Of a stretch of DNA of 64,000 nt, positions 37,303 through 47,491 are shown in pieces. The stretch is from contig CAZJNH010000005.1 of assembly GCA_964547425.1 (NCBI GenBank), forward strand, positions 17,703-81,702, read 5' to 3'. Under the pieces are notes generated by a model. It was not told the origin of the DNA. It worked only from the letters and a program-made list of their open reading frames with translations, and did not search any database. A program made the position numbers and the translations under genes. The first letter of the stretch is position 1. Each line of letters opens with the position of its first letter. The DNA is from an uncultured Candidatus Saccharibacteria bacterium. GTDB lineage: Bacteria; Patescibacteriota; Saccharimonadia; UBA4664; CAZJNH01.

Positions 37303-38142
37303 ACGAGCTGTCGCTCGCTTTTCGAATGCTTGTCGGATTTCTTCAACCGACATATTTTCCATTTGGCGGGCTTGCTGATCGGACAACCGGTCGCCCATGA
37401 CCAAATTGAGTAGGTCTTCTTTCGTTAACTCCAGACCCATCCGCTCTTTGAGCAGCAGCTCAAGGTAGGCGGGATTGAACGAGGCTGGAGGTATCCAAGT
37501 TTCCCTCAAAACCGGAGCCCGATTGCCAGATGCAACAAGAGCGGCGAATCGTTCTGAAAGGATCTGCCCAACCCGCAGATGCAAGCAGCCGATCGGCATC
37601 ACAACCCGCAAGTCATCGACCAAAGCGGCAAAAGGACGAACCACCTGTCCGATCTGGCGAAGAATAAAATCTTCGCGTTCTAGCTGCGCGGATAGATGAA
37701 GCTTATGCAGATTCCGACGAAACTCAAACTCCTCTTCGAATTGATCGAGATGCGGAGCGATCTCAACGGCGTGGAGTTGGCCGAATAAGCGATCGAACTC
37801 CGGGAAGGTTACGGGCATGTCAGCGCAGGCGATTTCGGCGCCGCACTCAAACAACACCTCAAGAAACGCCAGTCGATATGGAACCGAAAATGCCTTCGAA
37901 CTCTCCATCACTTTGCGCTCACTAGCCAGCGCGGCGGCGTCGCCGTTGGCAATCGCCTGATGCTTCTGCAGCCACTCGTCTTGCCAACCGAAGCATTCAA
38001 GCAGCAAGACGTCAGCTTCTTCTAATTGCCTGTGCAGCTCACCGAGGTCACCCAAGTCTTCCGGGATCGCGTGCGCGTGATAGAGCATATGGATATCAAC
38101 GCTCGGCGGAATTCCGAAGCTACTCTTATAGGTCCTGGACAC
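37300..38142 (-). CDS. Hypothetical protein (280 aa)
   Basis: Long ORF with coding-like composition; no recognisable motif. Confidence 0.5.
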   Translation of the reverse strand: MSRTYKSSFGIPPSVDIHMLYHAHAIPEDLGDLGELHRQLEEADVLLLECFGWQDEWLQKHQAIANGDAAALASERKVMESSKAFSVPYRLAFLEVLFECGAEIACADMPVTFPEFDRLFGQLHAVEIAPHLDQFEEEFEFRRNLHKLHLSAQLEREDFILRQIGQVVRPFAALVDDLRVVMPIGCLHLRVGQILSERFAALVASGNRAPVLRETWIPPASFNPAYLELLLKERMGLELTKEDLLNLVMGDRLSDQQARQMENMSVEEIRQAFEKRATAR

Positions 38143-38211
38143 AAGTTACCTCTCTTGAAGGGCTACCAAAACGGTCGAGGGAATTATATAAGAAAAACTT
38201 GGGAAGGTGAA

Positions 38212-38246
38212 AAGACGAACCCCGAAGGGTCCGCCTTCGGGGCTTA
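38212..38246 (-). terminator. Repeated stop-codon-embedded intrinsic terminator (copy 2)
   Basis: Identical to copy 1, located at the stop of ORF 38244..39176. Confidence 0.6.
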
Positions 38247-39176
38247 AGTCGTTGCCATCTCTGGCAAGTTAGCGGTCAGTTCGACCACCGGTTCGATCAT
38301 GGTGATGCTGTCGAGGTCGAGGTCCCATATGTTGCCGTTGTAAAGCGTTTGGACCTTCAACCTTGGCAACTCTTGATCCTTCTTCGGCACCAGCTTCAAA
38401 ACTCGCGCGATCAGCGGATCGTTTTGAGTCTTGTAGTACTCGCGTTTTTCCTTCCGCCATTGGTCGGTCCAGTCGAAGTAGTAGAACTTAACGCGATCGG
38501 CGGAAGAGAAGCGGCAATATTTGCCAATTCTGCTACTCAGCTCACCGACGAGAGAGGCGATCGCGGCACTCAACCGCTCTTTCCGTCCCGAGCTCACGTC
38601 TTCGGCAAGGCGCCACTTCGCCAGAGCTTCGTTCAGTTCCGCTACCGGTAAGAACACCGGCTCCGGGGCCAACTGGCTGGCGACCTCAACTCGGCTGTCT
38701 GGTGTTAGCCGGAAGTACTCCAGCCCACCGGCTTCCGCCATAAGAGATGGCCCAGCCCAAGTGTTTTTCTCGTTGTAGCGCAGTAGCCCTTTTTCCCGTT
38801 CGACAAGTGTCTTGCCTTGATCGTGCGTGAACTTGGTAACGGATATGTACTGATTGCCCAGCCGCCGAAGTAGCTCGACCGCTATTTTCTTGGCGCCCTT
38901 GGCGTTGCCCGCGGCTCCCTGGGCTTGGCTCTGCGCTTCGTGATACAAACGCAAAGCATCACCCAGGTCATCGGGGTCGCCGAACTCCATCTCGAAGCGC
39001 GGTGGAGGTTTGGGTTCAGCTTCTTTGCGAGCGGCCTCTTCGGCCTTGCGCTGTTCCTCCGCCTTTATTTCAGCCTCAGCCCTCAGCCGCTTGCGACGCC
39101 GGCGGAGGTTCGAGACGAGGACGAACAGGAACGTACTCCCGAGCATGATTATCACAAACCACGCGAAACGAGACAT
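38244..39176 (-). CDS. Membrane-anchored hypothetical protein (N-terminal TM helix, charged coiled-coil region)
   Basis: MSRFAWFVIIMLGSTFLFVLV, followed by a KAEEQRKAEEAARKEAE-type segment. Confidence 0.5.
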   Translation of the reverse strand: MSRFAWFVIIMLGSTFLFVLVSNLRRRRKRLRAEAEIKAEEQRKAEEAARKEAEPKPPPRFEMEFGDPDDLGDALRLYHEAQSQAQGAAGNAKGAKKIAVELLRRLGNQYISVTKFTHDQGKTLVEREKGLLRYNEKNTWAGPSLMAEAGGLEYFRLTPDSRVEVASQLAPEPVFLPVAELNEALAKWRLAEDVSSGRKERLSAAIASLVGELSSRIGKYCRFSSADRVKFYYFDWTDQWRKEKREYYKTQNDPLIARVLKLVPKKDQELPRLKVQTLYNGNIWDLDLDSITMIEPVVELTANLPEMATT

Positions 39177-39340
39177 TTCGCCTCCATATTTGGGTGCAAC
39201 CCGATAGGTCGGGGAAAATTATTATCCTTTTCGCGGCGAAATAAAAGCGTTAGTTCAATAGTAAAGTCCCCCGAGGGTCTCCTCAGGGGACTTTAGAAAA
39301 TCTCCGGGCACCTACCCGGTAACTGTTTGTGAGCGCCTGC

Positions 39341-39982
39341 TCACTCCCAGTTGTGCGCCTTCCAATGCGCTAGAGCCGTACACGGTTCTTTATATCGACC
39401 GGCTAAGTAATCCAAACCCCATGCGATCTGCACCCGCGGGTTGGTCAGCCAATCACCTCCATAAGCGGCCATCTTCTTGCCAGGATCGGATTGCGGGATT
39501 CCGTAAGCGTACTTGGGTGTTCCATCCGTCGTTTGCCAATGGGACTCGTGTGTCCATAGCGCGCGCAGGCAGGTCCATGCCGGGCCTGTCCACCCTCTGT
39601 CGGCGGCCATCTGCTGACCGAGTGCGAGGTTGGCAAGGTTATCGCCGTCGGGCGAATTACCACCACTAGCTCGCGTGATACTGGGCAGTTTCGTCGGAGG
39701 ATCGAGGTTCACAGACGGTGCGATCTTCTTGAAGCTCTTCGGCTGCGTCAAACGCGACATCAGCTTCCCGACAACCGGCCTCGGCGCGGGGTTAGCTATC
39801 AAACGCGACACCAGGTGCGAAACGGGGCTCGCCGCGGCCGTCTGGCCCGGGAGCGCCGGCAGTACTGGTTGTACTGGTTGCGCGGGCATTATGTCAGCCC
39901 GCGCCTGCTTGTGGCTCATCAGCGAAAATCCCACAACGGCCATACCCAGCAGAAACAAGATTTGCAATGTCCGCTGCCGCAT
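39341..39982 (-). CDS. Secreted lytic transglycosylase-like protein (SLT/lysozyme-like C-terminal domain)
   Basis: Start trimmed to MRQRTL (GAGGAGAAGGAAG RBS). Signal peptide, Pro-rich linker, and C-terminal W-x-HESHW...AYGIPQ...QIAWGLDYLAGRY motif (E-S...G-x-x-Q pattern of family-1-like transglycosylases). Confidence 0.65.
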   Translation of the reverse strand: MRQRTLQILFLLGMAVVGFSLMSHKQARADIMPAQPVQPVLPALPGQTAAASPVSHLVSRLIANPAPRPVVGKLMSRLTQPKSFKKIAPSVNLDPPTKLPSITRASGGNSPDGDNLANLALGQQMAADRGWTGPAWTCLRALWTHESHWQTTDGTPKYAYGIPQSDPGKKMAAYGGDWLTNPRVQIAWGLDYLAGRYKEPCTALAHWKAHNWE

Positions 39983-40314
39983 CTTCCTTCTCCTCTCGGA
40001 TTTTGGGAGCTGCGGGCGGTCACTCTTTTTAGTTCTCCGCGGCAACTTGCGGTGGCCTCACCTAGGCTGCCTGGCCAAAACGACCATACCGGATACTTGA
40101 GCGACTCAGGCCCTGAACATCCAAGGTCTTGTCGGGTAGCTTCCTCCTATTGTTTGGCTTTTTTCATACTCAAAGCGTCAGGGCGGTTCAAAAACCTGCC
40201 CCAACGCTAAGCGCGCCGAGTATATCAGAGGTTTTTGGCTCAGGCAAGCCAAAGCGTAATAGGAAAGCCCCGGGGATTCGCTCCCCGGGGCCATGGATCT
40301 TTGTTTTCGTCGTG

Positions 40315-40845
40315 CTACCAGCCAATGCGAACGTAGCTGATCCTGACATGCCAGATGATCCCCTGGCCGTGCGGAGCTAGCTGCTCAAACACATGCTCGT
40401 CCAGGTCAATCACCCTGCCATCAACGTAAGGGCCGTGGTCGTTCACCACACAGCTAGTTGAGCGCCCGTTGTCCAAGTCCAGGACATGGATCACGGTGCC
40501 TTTGGGCATGGGTTCGCGGTGAGCGCAGTGCCCCGGACCATCTTCGTCCCAAGACGCCTGTCCGTACTCAACGTTACCCGTTGCCACCGCAGTCTTTGCT
40601 GCCGGTGCTGCTTTGGCCACCGGCCGGCTGGCTGGCTGGGTTACTGGCCGTGGCGTTGACGCCGGGCGCGGTTTGGCCGTGAGTGCAACCGGTCTCGGCT
40701 GAACCACCCGGATCGTCACCGGCGCCGCTGGCGGCGCTGGCGACAACCAATCGATATCGGCGCTGGCCTTACCCGCCAGGAGCGAACCCGACAGCACAAC
40801 CATGGCAGAAGTTACAGCTAGAGCGGAAAATTTTGCTGTCCGCAT
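40315..40845 (-). CDS. RlpA-like double-psi beta-barrel (DPBB) lipoprotein/secreted protein
   Basis: Signal peptide, Pro/Ala-rich linker, and a C-terminal DPBB pattern (GQASW...GTVIHVLDLDNGRSTSCVVNDHGPYVDGRVIDL). Confidence 0.65.
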   Translation of the reverse strand: MRTAKFSALAVTSAMVVLSGSLLAGKASADIDWLSPAPPAAPVTIRVVQPRPVALTAKPRPASTPRPVTQPASRPVAKAAPAAKTAVATGNVEYGQASWDEDGPGHCAHREPMPKGTVIHVLDLDNGRSTSCVVNDHGPYVDGRVIDLDEHVFEQLAPHGQGIIWHVRISYVRIGW

Positions 40846-41160
40846 CTTTCTTGACCCCTTTCGGTCCGTTTCATCCCTCCCCGGGATTCACGGGCCTTCC
40901 GAGGTGACGGAAGGGTGCGGGCGGCCGCTACAGAAGCGACACTACCCTGGTCTAGCCGGTTTTGTGGTCACTCTTTGCGAAACCTCCAATGCGGTTGGTG
41001 GCAGCGACTGGCTTAGCATTATTGACTGGGCCCGGATTCGAAGAGCGAACTTTACCCCTGTTTCGATTCCAGTCTAGGCCTAGTTAGGTGCTAAACCTCG
41101 ACTAGCATACTAAACAATTATGGCTCAGACAAGCCATAATAATGTCAAAACCAATTAACT
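40846..41160 (-). promoter_or_regulatory. Long structured 5' leader of the RlpA-like gene (candidate cis-regulatory RNA)
   Basis: About 300-nt non-coding leader with several hairpins and the motifs UCGAAUCC, CCCGCACCC, CCCGUGAAUCCCGGGG and CCGAAAGGGG. The family is not assigned. Confidence 0.3.
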
Positions 41161-41174
41161 TTTTTAACCGTAAC

Positions 41175-41238
41175 CCAAAACTTGTAATTCCCTAACCTGA
41201 AAAGGGTTACACCCTTAACAGATTGGGGAATTACAAGG
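41175..41238. repeat. 63-nt hairpin repeat element, copy 1 (bidirectional terminator-like)
   Basis: CTTGTAATTCCC...GGGAATTACAAG 12-13-bp outer stem with an internal sub-hairpin. It is near-identical (1 indel, 1 substitution) to 56309..56373. It lies right after the gmk stop. Confidence 0.7.
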
Positions 41239-41240
41239 TG

Positions 41241-41798
41241 CTAGCGGAGATGGGTTTTGATGGCGGTGACGGTCTCGGCAACGGCGCGGTCGAGGCTGTC
41301 GTTGGTGATCACAAAGTCGGACTGGGCCTGGCCGTCGATCAATTCTTTTTCGGCATTCAGCAACCGCTGCTGTATCACCTCGTCCGAGTCGGTCTGGCGG
41401 TCGCGCAGTCGGCGTTCCAGCACTCCGATCTTGTCCTCCAAAGTTTCACCGGGCGGTTCGATCAAGATCAGTAGCGCTTCGGGATACTTGGCCTTAACTT
41501 GGCCAGCGCCCTGAACGTCGATCTCCAAGATTATGTGATCCCCGACCTTAGGCTTCTTGGTACCATAAAAGTTTCCGTGGACTTCGGCCCACTCCAGCAG
41601 TTCGCCGCGCTTCACTCGTGCCTTAAACTCCACCTCGTCGACGTGCTCGTACTTGCCTGGTATATCATTGGATCTTGCTTCGCGGGTCGTCAACGTCTGC
41701 CCGAACTTTAACTCCGGCAATGCCTTAAATACACCTTCCAAGACCGTATTTTTACCAACTCCGGATGGCCCGGACACAACCACAATCGCCATTACCAA
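41241..41798 (-). CDS. gmk: Guanylate kinase
   Basis: P-loop SGPSGVGKNT plus the GMP-binding region. Confidence 0.9.
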   Translation of the reverse strand: MVMAIVVVSGPSGVGKNTVLEGVFKALPELKFGQTLTTREARSNDIPGKYEHVDEVEFKARVKRGELLEWAEVHGNFYGTKKPKVGDHIILEIDVQGAGQVKAKYPEALLILIEPPGETLEDKIGVLERRLRDRQTDSDEVIQQRLLNAEKELIDGQAQSDFVITNDSLDRAVAETVTAIKTHLR

Positions 41799-41831
41799 AA
41801 GTATACAGCCTGCTCACTTTCCCCTACAGTA

Positions 41832-42398
41832 GTGCCCATGAGCAATAAAAAAGTCTTAGTTTTGGTTGGTATGCCGGGGGCGGGCAAAAGCTTTTGCGTG
41901 GATTATTTGAAAGCCAAAGACATTCCCAGCGTTTACTTCGGCGGCATTACGCTTGAGGAGGTTGAGAAACGCGGGCTGCCTATCAATGAAATTAACGAAA
42001 AAATGGTCCGCGAAAGCATCCGGGCCGACGAAGGCCCCGGCGCTTACGCCAAACGGATTATCGACAAAATTGAGAAGTTATTTGCCGAGGAGCACAAGCG
42101 AGTGGTGGTCGACGGGCTGTATAGCTGGACCGAGTACACATTGTTTGAAGAGCATTTCGGGGAGCAGGCCAAATTCGTTGCGATTATCGCCCATCGGCAT
42201 CAACGTCATGAACGACTTGCGAAGCGTCCGGTGCGTCCTCTAACGAAGGAAGAGGTTGATTCGCGTGATCGGGCCGAGATCGAAAACCTAGAAAAAGGTG
42301 GCCCTATCGCCCGGGCCGATTACACCGTCTTAAACGATTCGACACCGGAAAAACTGCTCGAAGACTTCAATAAAGTCCTAGACCACATCAAGTTTTAG
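41832..42398 (+). CDS. P-loop NTP kinase (dephospho-CoA kinase/AAA_18-like)
   Basis: Walker A GMPGAGKS; small kinase fold length. Confidence 0.6.
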   Translation: MPMSNKKVLVLVGMPGAGKSFCVDYLKAKDIPSVYFGGITLEEVEKRGLPINEINEKMVRESIRADEGPGAYAKRIIDKIEKLFAEEHKRVVVDGLYSWTEYTLFEEHFGEQAKFVAIIAHRHQRHERLAKRPVRPLTKEEVDSRDRAEIENLEKGGPIARADYTVLNDSTPEKLLEDFNKVLDHIKF

Positions 42399-43756
42399 CG
42401 CAGGTAATCCTTTAACTTCTTCGATTCGCGGTGTTTGCGCAGTTTGGCTAAGGCTTTGGCTTCGATTTGGCGGATGCGTTCGCGCGTGACGCCAAATTCC
42501 TGGCCGACCTCTTCGAGCGTGTGGCTGCGGCCGTCTTCGAGACCAAAGCGCATGCGCAGTATCTTCTGCTCGCGCGGCGAGAGTAGAGCCAAGACGTTGC
42601 CGACATGTTCCTTCAGTAATTGATAAGTCGCGGCCTCTTCCGGACTAACCGACTCTTCGTCTTCAATGAAATCCCCTAGTCGCGAGTCGTCCTCTTCGCC
42701 AACGGGAGCTTCAAGTGAGACGATGTCCTGCTTAATTTTCAGAATGTGGTTAACTTTCTCAACTTCCATATCCATCTCGGCGGCGATCTCTTCCGGCAGC
42801 GGTTCACGGCCCAACTCCTGGACCAATCGGCGCTGAGTCCGAATCAGTTTGTTAATCGTTTCAACCATATGCACCGGAATCCGGATGGTTCTAGCCTGGT
42901 CGGCGATGGCACGGGTAATAGCCTGGCGAATCCACCACGTCGCATAGGTCGAGAACTTATAGCCTTTTTTGTAATCGAATTTCTCAACCGCGCGGAGCAA
43001 ACCGGTGTTACCCTCCTGAATTAAGTCGAGCAGATCGAGCCCACGGCCGATGTAGCGCTTGGCGATAGAGACCACCAGCCGCATGTTGGCCTCGGCCATT
43101 TTGTCCTTGGCGTTTTTGTCGCCTTTTTCGATTTTCTTGGCCAGCTCAACCTCTTGCTCACCGGTTAAAAGCGGGATTTTGCCGATCTCACGCAAGTACA
43201 TCCGGACCGAGTCATCGGCGATGTCTTTAATGAAGTCTTCTTCGACCTCAAGGTCGTCTTCGGGCTCGTTGTCCCAAATCAGCTTTTCTTTTTGGTCAAC
43301 GATCTCAATACCCTGGTCCAGCAAAGCGGTGTAGAGCTCGTCGAGCTCGTCGATGTTTTCTTCCGCGTCCGGCACCGCGTTCAAAATTTCCTGTTGGGTA
43401 ACGAACCCTTGTTCTTTGCCCTTGACCATCAACCGCTCGATCTCGGGCGGGTAGGTGATCTTTTCTTCTTCGGCTTGGGCGGGTTTTGCCGCGGTTTTGC
43501 CCTTGGGTTTACCCTCCGCCTTGGCATTAGCCTTAGGCTTAACGGCTGTTTTAGCTGCCGGCTTAGCGGCCAATTTAGCCTTCATCTGCACCGCTGCTTT
43601 TTTGGGCTTCGGCACTGGCTCGGGGCGCTTTTGCCCGCGGGCTTTAGCCGCTACTTTACTAAATAGCGTCTTTTTTGCCTTAGCCGCCGGCTTTACTTTG
43701 GCCTGATGGCTTTTGGCTTTCGGTTTGGGGTCTGGGTTCTTTGCTGATTTTGCCAA
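42395..43756 (-). CDS. rpoD: RNA polymerase sigma-70 factor (primary, RpoD-like) with Lys/Ala/Pro-rich N-terminus
   Basis: Regions 1.2-4.2 are conserved (e.g. [21 protein letters not shown]). Confidence 0.9.
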   Translation of the reverse strand: MAKSAKNPDPKPKAKSHQAKVKPAAKAKKTLFSKVAAKARGQKRPEPVPKPKKAAVQMKAKLAAKPAAKTAVKPKANAKAEGKPKGKTAAKPAQAEEEKITYPPEIERLMVKGKEQGFVTQQEILNAVPDAEENIDELDELYTALLDQGIEIVDQKEKLIWDNEPEDDLEVEEDFIKDIADDSVRMYLREIGKIPLLTGEQEVELAKKIEKGDKNAKDKMAEANMRLVVSIAKRYIGRGLDLLDLIQEGNTGLLRAVEKFDYKKGYKFSTYATWWIRQAITRAIADQARTIRIPVHMVETINKLIRTQRRLVQELGREPLPEEIAAEMDMEVEKVNHILKIKQDIVSLEAPVGEEDDSRLGDFIEDEESVSPEEAATYQLLKEHVGNVLALLSPREQKILRMRFGLEDGRSHTLEEVGQEFGVTRERIRQIEAKALAKLRKHRESKKLKDYLR

Positions 43757-43758
43757 CT

Positions 43759-45495
43759 CTAAAATTCTCCCTGGTTTATGCTTTGGACTTTAGCCAACAA
43801 AGCGTCACGGCGCGTGTGATCGCCGGTCTGCTCTGCTTGTTTTATTTCGCTGGTGAGCTCGTGAATGCGCTGTTTCGTAACAATGTCTTGCAAGCGGCGG
43901 GCTAAATTGTATGCCTCGGCCTTGCGGTTCGCGGGTGCCGTATCTTGATATTCTTCCTCCCCGCGCAATCCTAGAATTTTGACATAGTCGGCCAGTTCAG
44001 GCAACCCTTGAGCGATCTGGACATCCCGCGACTTGGGATCATGAGCTACCGCATGCCAAATTTGTTGGCGCTCGCTCGAAGAAAATAGCCCTTTAGACAA
44101 CTGCCCCAGCCCGTCCCGTGTCTCCGCAAAAGCTAGCACAATCGACAGCAATGAGTCCTCTACTTCTGCCTGCGCATCCTTCTTCTGTAAGTCTAATTTG
44201 TCCTCGGATGGCAAGTTAGACTTATTGGTTTGGGGTGTCAGTTTTTTGGTGACAGCGTCGGCGGATACTCCGGTGAGGTCGGCGACGAGTTTGGCATAAT
44301 GCTCCCGCTCAACCGGATCGGACAGCCTGGAGACCACCTGGGCCATCCTGGTCGAAAACTGCTTTTTGCCCAGAGCCGTATTCAGATCAAACTGGGCCTT
44401 TAGCCGGTCGAATAAATAATCCATCGCGTACCGCGCCTCCCCAACCGCCTGCTGCCACAATTTGGGGTCGCGCTTGATTAATTCATCCGGGTCTTTGGCG
44501 CCTTTCAGTTCGATGATCTTGACGGTAATGTCGAGGCCTTGGGCCAGCTCGATTGAGCGCTCGGTGGCCGCCAAACCGGCCTGGTCTTCGTCGAACGCCA
44601 GCTTAACGTTCTTGGCCAACCGGCTAATGGTCCTCAATTGGTCGGCGGTTAAAGCCGTACCGCTAGAGGCCACGGCCTGTTCTACACCCGTTTGGTGGGA
44701 GGCGATAACATCGAGGTTGCCTTCCACAAACACCGCCTCGTCATTTTCGCGAATGGCGTCCTTGGCCAAATGTAGGCCGTAAATAAGGTGGCTTTTGTTG
44801 TACAGCATCGTTTCCGGAGTGTTGAGGTACTTTGGACCGCTCTTGCCATCGTCTTCGATCAGCCGAGCCGAGAAACCGACCGGGCGGCCCTGGTTGTCGC
44901 AGACCGGCAGCATAATCCGGGACCGGAACAGATCGCGCAGACCGCGGGCGTTTTTAGTCGCCAGCCCGGATTTGATTAATTCTTCTTGGTTGAAACGTTT
45001 ATTGAGCAAAAACTGGGTTAGCGCTTCCCAGCTGTCGGGCGCGTAACCGATTTGAAAATCTTTGATCGCCTGTTTGGTGATCCCTCGGCTTTTGAGATAC
45101 CCCAGCGCGGTGGGGTTTTTGATCAGCGTTTCCTGATAATAACGTACTGCCAGCTCCATCGCGGCGTAGAGCCTTTTTTTGAACTCACCGGTTTTAGCGC
45201 TGCCGCCTCGAGGTTTTAGCTCAACCCCAGCTTTTTTAGCCAGCAACTCCAGGGCATCGCGAAACTCCAGCCCCTCCATCTTCATCACAAAGCCAAAGAT
45301 GTCACCGCCCAGCTCACAGCCGAAACAGTGCCAAATACCTTTTTCCGGGCTGACCATAAAACTCGGGGTTTTTTCCTGATGGAAAGGGCAGACCCCTTTA
45401 CGGTTGCGCCCTGCCGGCTTGAGCTGAATGTAGCCGCCAATCACGTCGGCGATGTCGAGCCTCCGCTTAATCTCCTCCACTTCGTCCATGAACAT
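43759..45495 (-). CDS. dnaG: DNA primase
   Basis: Zinc finger [11 protein letters not shown] and TOPRIM EGNLDV. Confidence 0.9.
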   Translation of the reverse strand: MFMDEVEEIKRRLDIADVIGGYIQLKPAGRNRKGVCPFHQEKTPSFMVSPEKGIWHCFGCELGGDIFGFVMKMEGLEFRDALELLAKKAGVELKPRGGSAKTGEFKKRLYAAMELAVRYYQETLIKNPTALGYLKSRGITKQAIKDFQIGYAPDSWEALTQFLLNKRFNQEELIKSGLATKNARGLRDLFRSRIMLPVCDNQGRPVGFSARLIEDDGKSGPKYLNTPETMLYNKSHLIYGLHLAKDAIRENDEAVFVEGNLDVIASHQTGVEQAVASSGTALTADQLRTISRLAKNVKLAFDEDQAGLAATERSIELAQGLDITVKIIELKGAKDPDELIKRDPKLWQQAVGEARYAMDYLFDRLKAQFDLNTALGKKQFSTRMAQVVSRLSDPVEREHYAKLVADLTGVSADAVTKKLTPQTNKSNLPSEDKLDLQKKDAQAEVEDSLLSIVLAFAETRDGLGQLSKGLFSSSERQQIWHAVAHDPKSRDVQIAQGLPELADYVKILGLRGEEEYQDTAPANRKAEAYNLARRLQDIVTKQRIHELTSEIKQAEQTGDHTRRDALLAKVQSINQGEF

Positions 45496-45518
45496 ATTTT
45501 ACCCTAGAAATAGGAAAG

Positions 45519-45543
45519 AGCCCCTGGTTGGACCAGGGGCTCC
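45519..45543 (-). terminator. Intrinsic terminator (GAGCCCCTGGT-TGG-ACCAGGGGCTC + T-rich)
   Basis: Perfect 11-bp stem followed by UUUCCUAUUUCU on the minus strand, after ORF 45558..45932. Confidence 0.55.
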
Positions 45544-45557
45544 CGCAACAATCCGAG

Positions 45558-45932
45558 CTACTGCGACGGAATACGGAAGTACCCGTCGGCAACCTTAGCC
45601 AGCTCCGCGAACAACTCGCGTTCGGACTCCGGCAGGGGCTTCAGCACCGCGCGGGCACGGCCGGGCGACATGCTGATCTCCGTACCGGCCAGACCTCCCT
45701 GAACGTAGCCGCCGCTTTGCAACGACACCAGGGCCGCGTCCAGTTCGCGGTACTGCCCCGAAAACGGACCGGGGATGAACACTAGCCTCCGGCCGGCAAT
45801 TCGCTGCTCGCCCAGTGACTCAACCACCACTTCGAACATCCGGTGGTGCCGATCCTCCCGGGTGTCGAGAAACTGGATCCCTCGCAGCCTTAGCGCCGCG
45901 AGGAGGTAGAGGAAGAAGTCGGTTGTGTCCAT
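45558..45932 (-). CDS. Hypothetical protein (124 aa)
   Basis: ORF with coding-like composition; no motif recognised. Confidence 0.4.
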   Translation of the reverse strand: MDTTDFFLYLLAALRLRGIQFLDTREDRHHRMFEVVVESLGEQRIAGRRLVFIPGPFSGQYRELDAALVSLQSGGYVQGGLAGTEISMSPGRARAVLKPLPESERELFAELAKVADGYFRIPSQ

Positions 45933-46082
45933 CAGTTGAACCGCCTCATCTTGCTGCCGCTACGACGCCGACGGTGGTGGTACCACCAATCGGCAAGAAT
46001 ACTGCGCAACCTTTTCATCGCCACCCCCACACTCGGTGTCAAACTGCGGAGATAGATAGTCTAGCGTTAAGGAAGTGTTTGA

Positions 46083-47366
46083 TCAAGCAGGCGGCGGGGT
46101 GACACCGTTTTGTTTGATGATCTCGCTGTAGGCCGTGGCACTTGGCCTGACGGTTCGCTCAAAGGTTTTGTAGTTGATCTCGACCAAGCCAAAGCGCGGC
46201 CAAAAGCCGCTGTTCCACTCGAAGTTGTCGGTCAGCGCCCAGTGCAAATAGCCGCGGACATCGACGCCCTCTTCGATCGCCCGATGGACAGCCCGGACCA
46301 CGTTTTCGATGTACCAGCCGCGGAAGTAATCCTTGCGGTCCGCTACTCCATTTTCGGTAATGTAGACCGGTTTGTTGTAGCGTTTGAGGTTTTTTAACAC
46401 GTAATAAATCGACTCCGGATGCAGTTCCCAGCCCATGTCGGAGTGGTAAACATGCGGGCGGTCGAGCCGGATTTTGCTTTCTTTGTGCTGGTAGCGGAAG
46501 TAGTGGTTGAGCCCGATAAAGTCCTGGTGCTTGGCGATTTTGTTGAGAAAATAGTTGTTCCAAATCGCCTCGGAAAGGTGGCGCAGCAAATAATCCACCA
46601 GCCAGTGGCGGCGAAGGTCAAAGTGGATGTTGTTTTTGGACAGACCAACTTCGGCGTCCGGGTTGATTTGCTTGATTAACCGGTAGGCCTGGGTGTGGGC
46701 GCCGATCAAATGGCGGGCCACCCGGTAGGCTGTGCGAAAGCTCTTTTTCTGCGGCGGCCAGACACCTCGCCGGTAGCTGAAGTCGGTGTAAACGTCGGGT
46801 TCGTTGAGCGTAATCCAAAACTTAACGTCACCACCCAGTTCTTTAACGACCTTCTCGCAGTAGCGGAGATAGTGCTGGATCGTTTCGGCGCGCTGCCAGC
46901 CGCCCCACTCGGCCACCCAAACCGGCAAGGTCCAGTGCCACAGCGTCACAAACGGTTCCATGCCTCGGTCCTTAATCGCCTTAATAACCTGCCGGTAATG
47001 TTCAATCTCTTTGTCGCTAAACCGGCCGTCCTTCGGCTCGATCCGCGACCACTCAATCGAAACTCGCTGGGCGCTCATACCAAGCGACTGGGCGAGGTCA
47101 AAATCCTCTTCGTAGCGGCTGTAGTGGTCGGCGGCTTTACCGGAAATATAATTGCTCGGCTTGGTGGCTTGCGGCTCGATCTGCCGCCAAACGGGGCTGG
47201 TTTTGATTAACCGAAAGGCTTCAACCGCCAGCCGTTCGGCATTGGCCTTCTCCCAAAGCACCCAGTCGTTGTGGTTGTGCCCTTCGCACTGGTGGGCCGA
47301 GGAGCTGGCCCCCCACAAAAACCCTTCCGGGAACTTCAAAAACGCTTTGTTGTCCGCTTTGGCCAT
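46083..47366 (-). CDS. Glycoside hydrolase family 1 (beta-glucosidase)
   Basis: FLWGASSSAHQCEG near the N-terminus, TLNEP acid/base region and ITENG nucleophile region. Confidence 0.85.
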   Translation of the reverse strand: MAKADNKAFLKFPEGFLWGASSSAHQCEGHNHNDWVLWEKANAERLAVEAFRLIKTSPVWRQIEPQATKPSNYISGKAADHYSRYEEDFDLAQSLGMSAQRVSIEWSRIEPKDGRFSDKEIEHYRQVIKAIKDRGMEPFVTLWHWTLPVWVAEWGGWQRAETIQHYLRYCEKVVKELGGDVKFWITLNEPDVYTDFSYRRGVWPPQKKSFRTAYRVARHLIGAHTQAYRLIKQINPDAEVGLSKNNIHFDLRRHWLVDYLLRHLSEAIWNNYFLNKIAKHQDFIGLNHYFRYQHKESKIRLDRPHVYHSDMGWELHPESIYYVLKNLKRYNKPVYITENGVADRKDYFRGWYIENVVRAVHRAIEEGVDVRGYLHWALTDNFEWNSGFWPRFGLVEINYKTFERTVRPSATAYSEIIKQNGVTPPPA

Positions 47367-47379
47367 GCCCTAACTTTAG

Positions 47380-47491
47380 CAAACTCTAAGGACTAAACTC
47401 TAAGAACTAAGTAAAACTAAAGATTAAGATTTTGATCTTTAGTTTTGATTCTTTAATCTTACTTAGAGTTTGGTTCTTAGCTCTTAGAGTT
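47380..47491. repeat. CTAAG-unit palindromic intergenic element (copy B)
   Basis: AAACTCTAAGGACTAAACTCTAAGAACTAAG...CTTACTTAGAGTTTGGTTCTTAGCTCTTAGAGTT, with the centre near 47430. The right arm overlaps the last codons of ORF 47477..47794. Confidence 0.6.

Noticed and set aside
41021-41095. Possible tRNA suggested by GGATTCGAAG / TTTCGATTCC strings
   Set aside because: No cloverleaf can be built, because the T-stem and acceptor pairings fail. The region is instead treated as part of the long leader of the RlpA-like gene.
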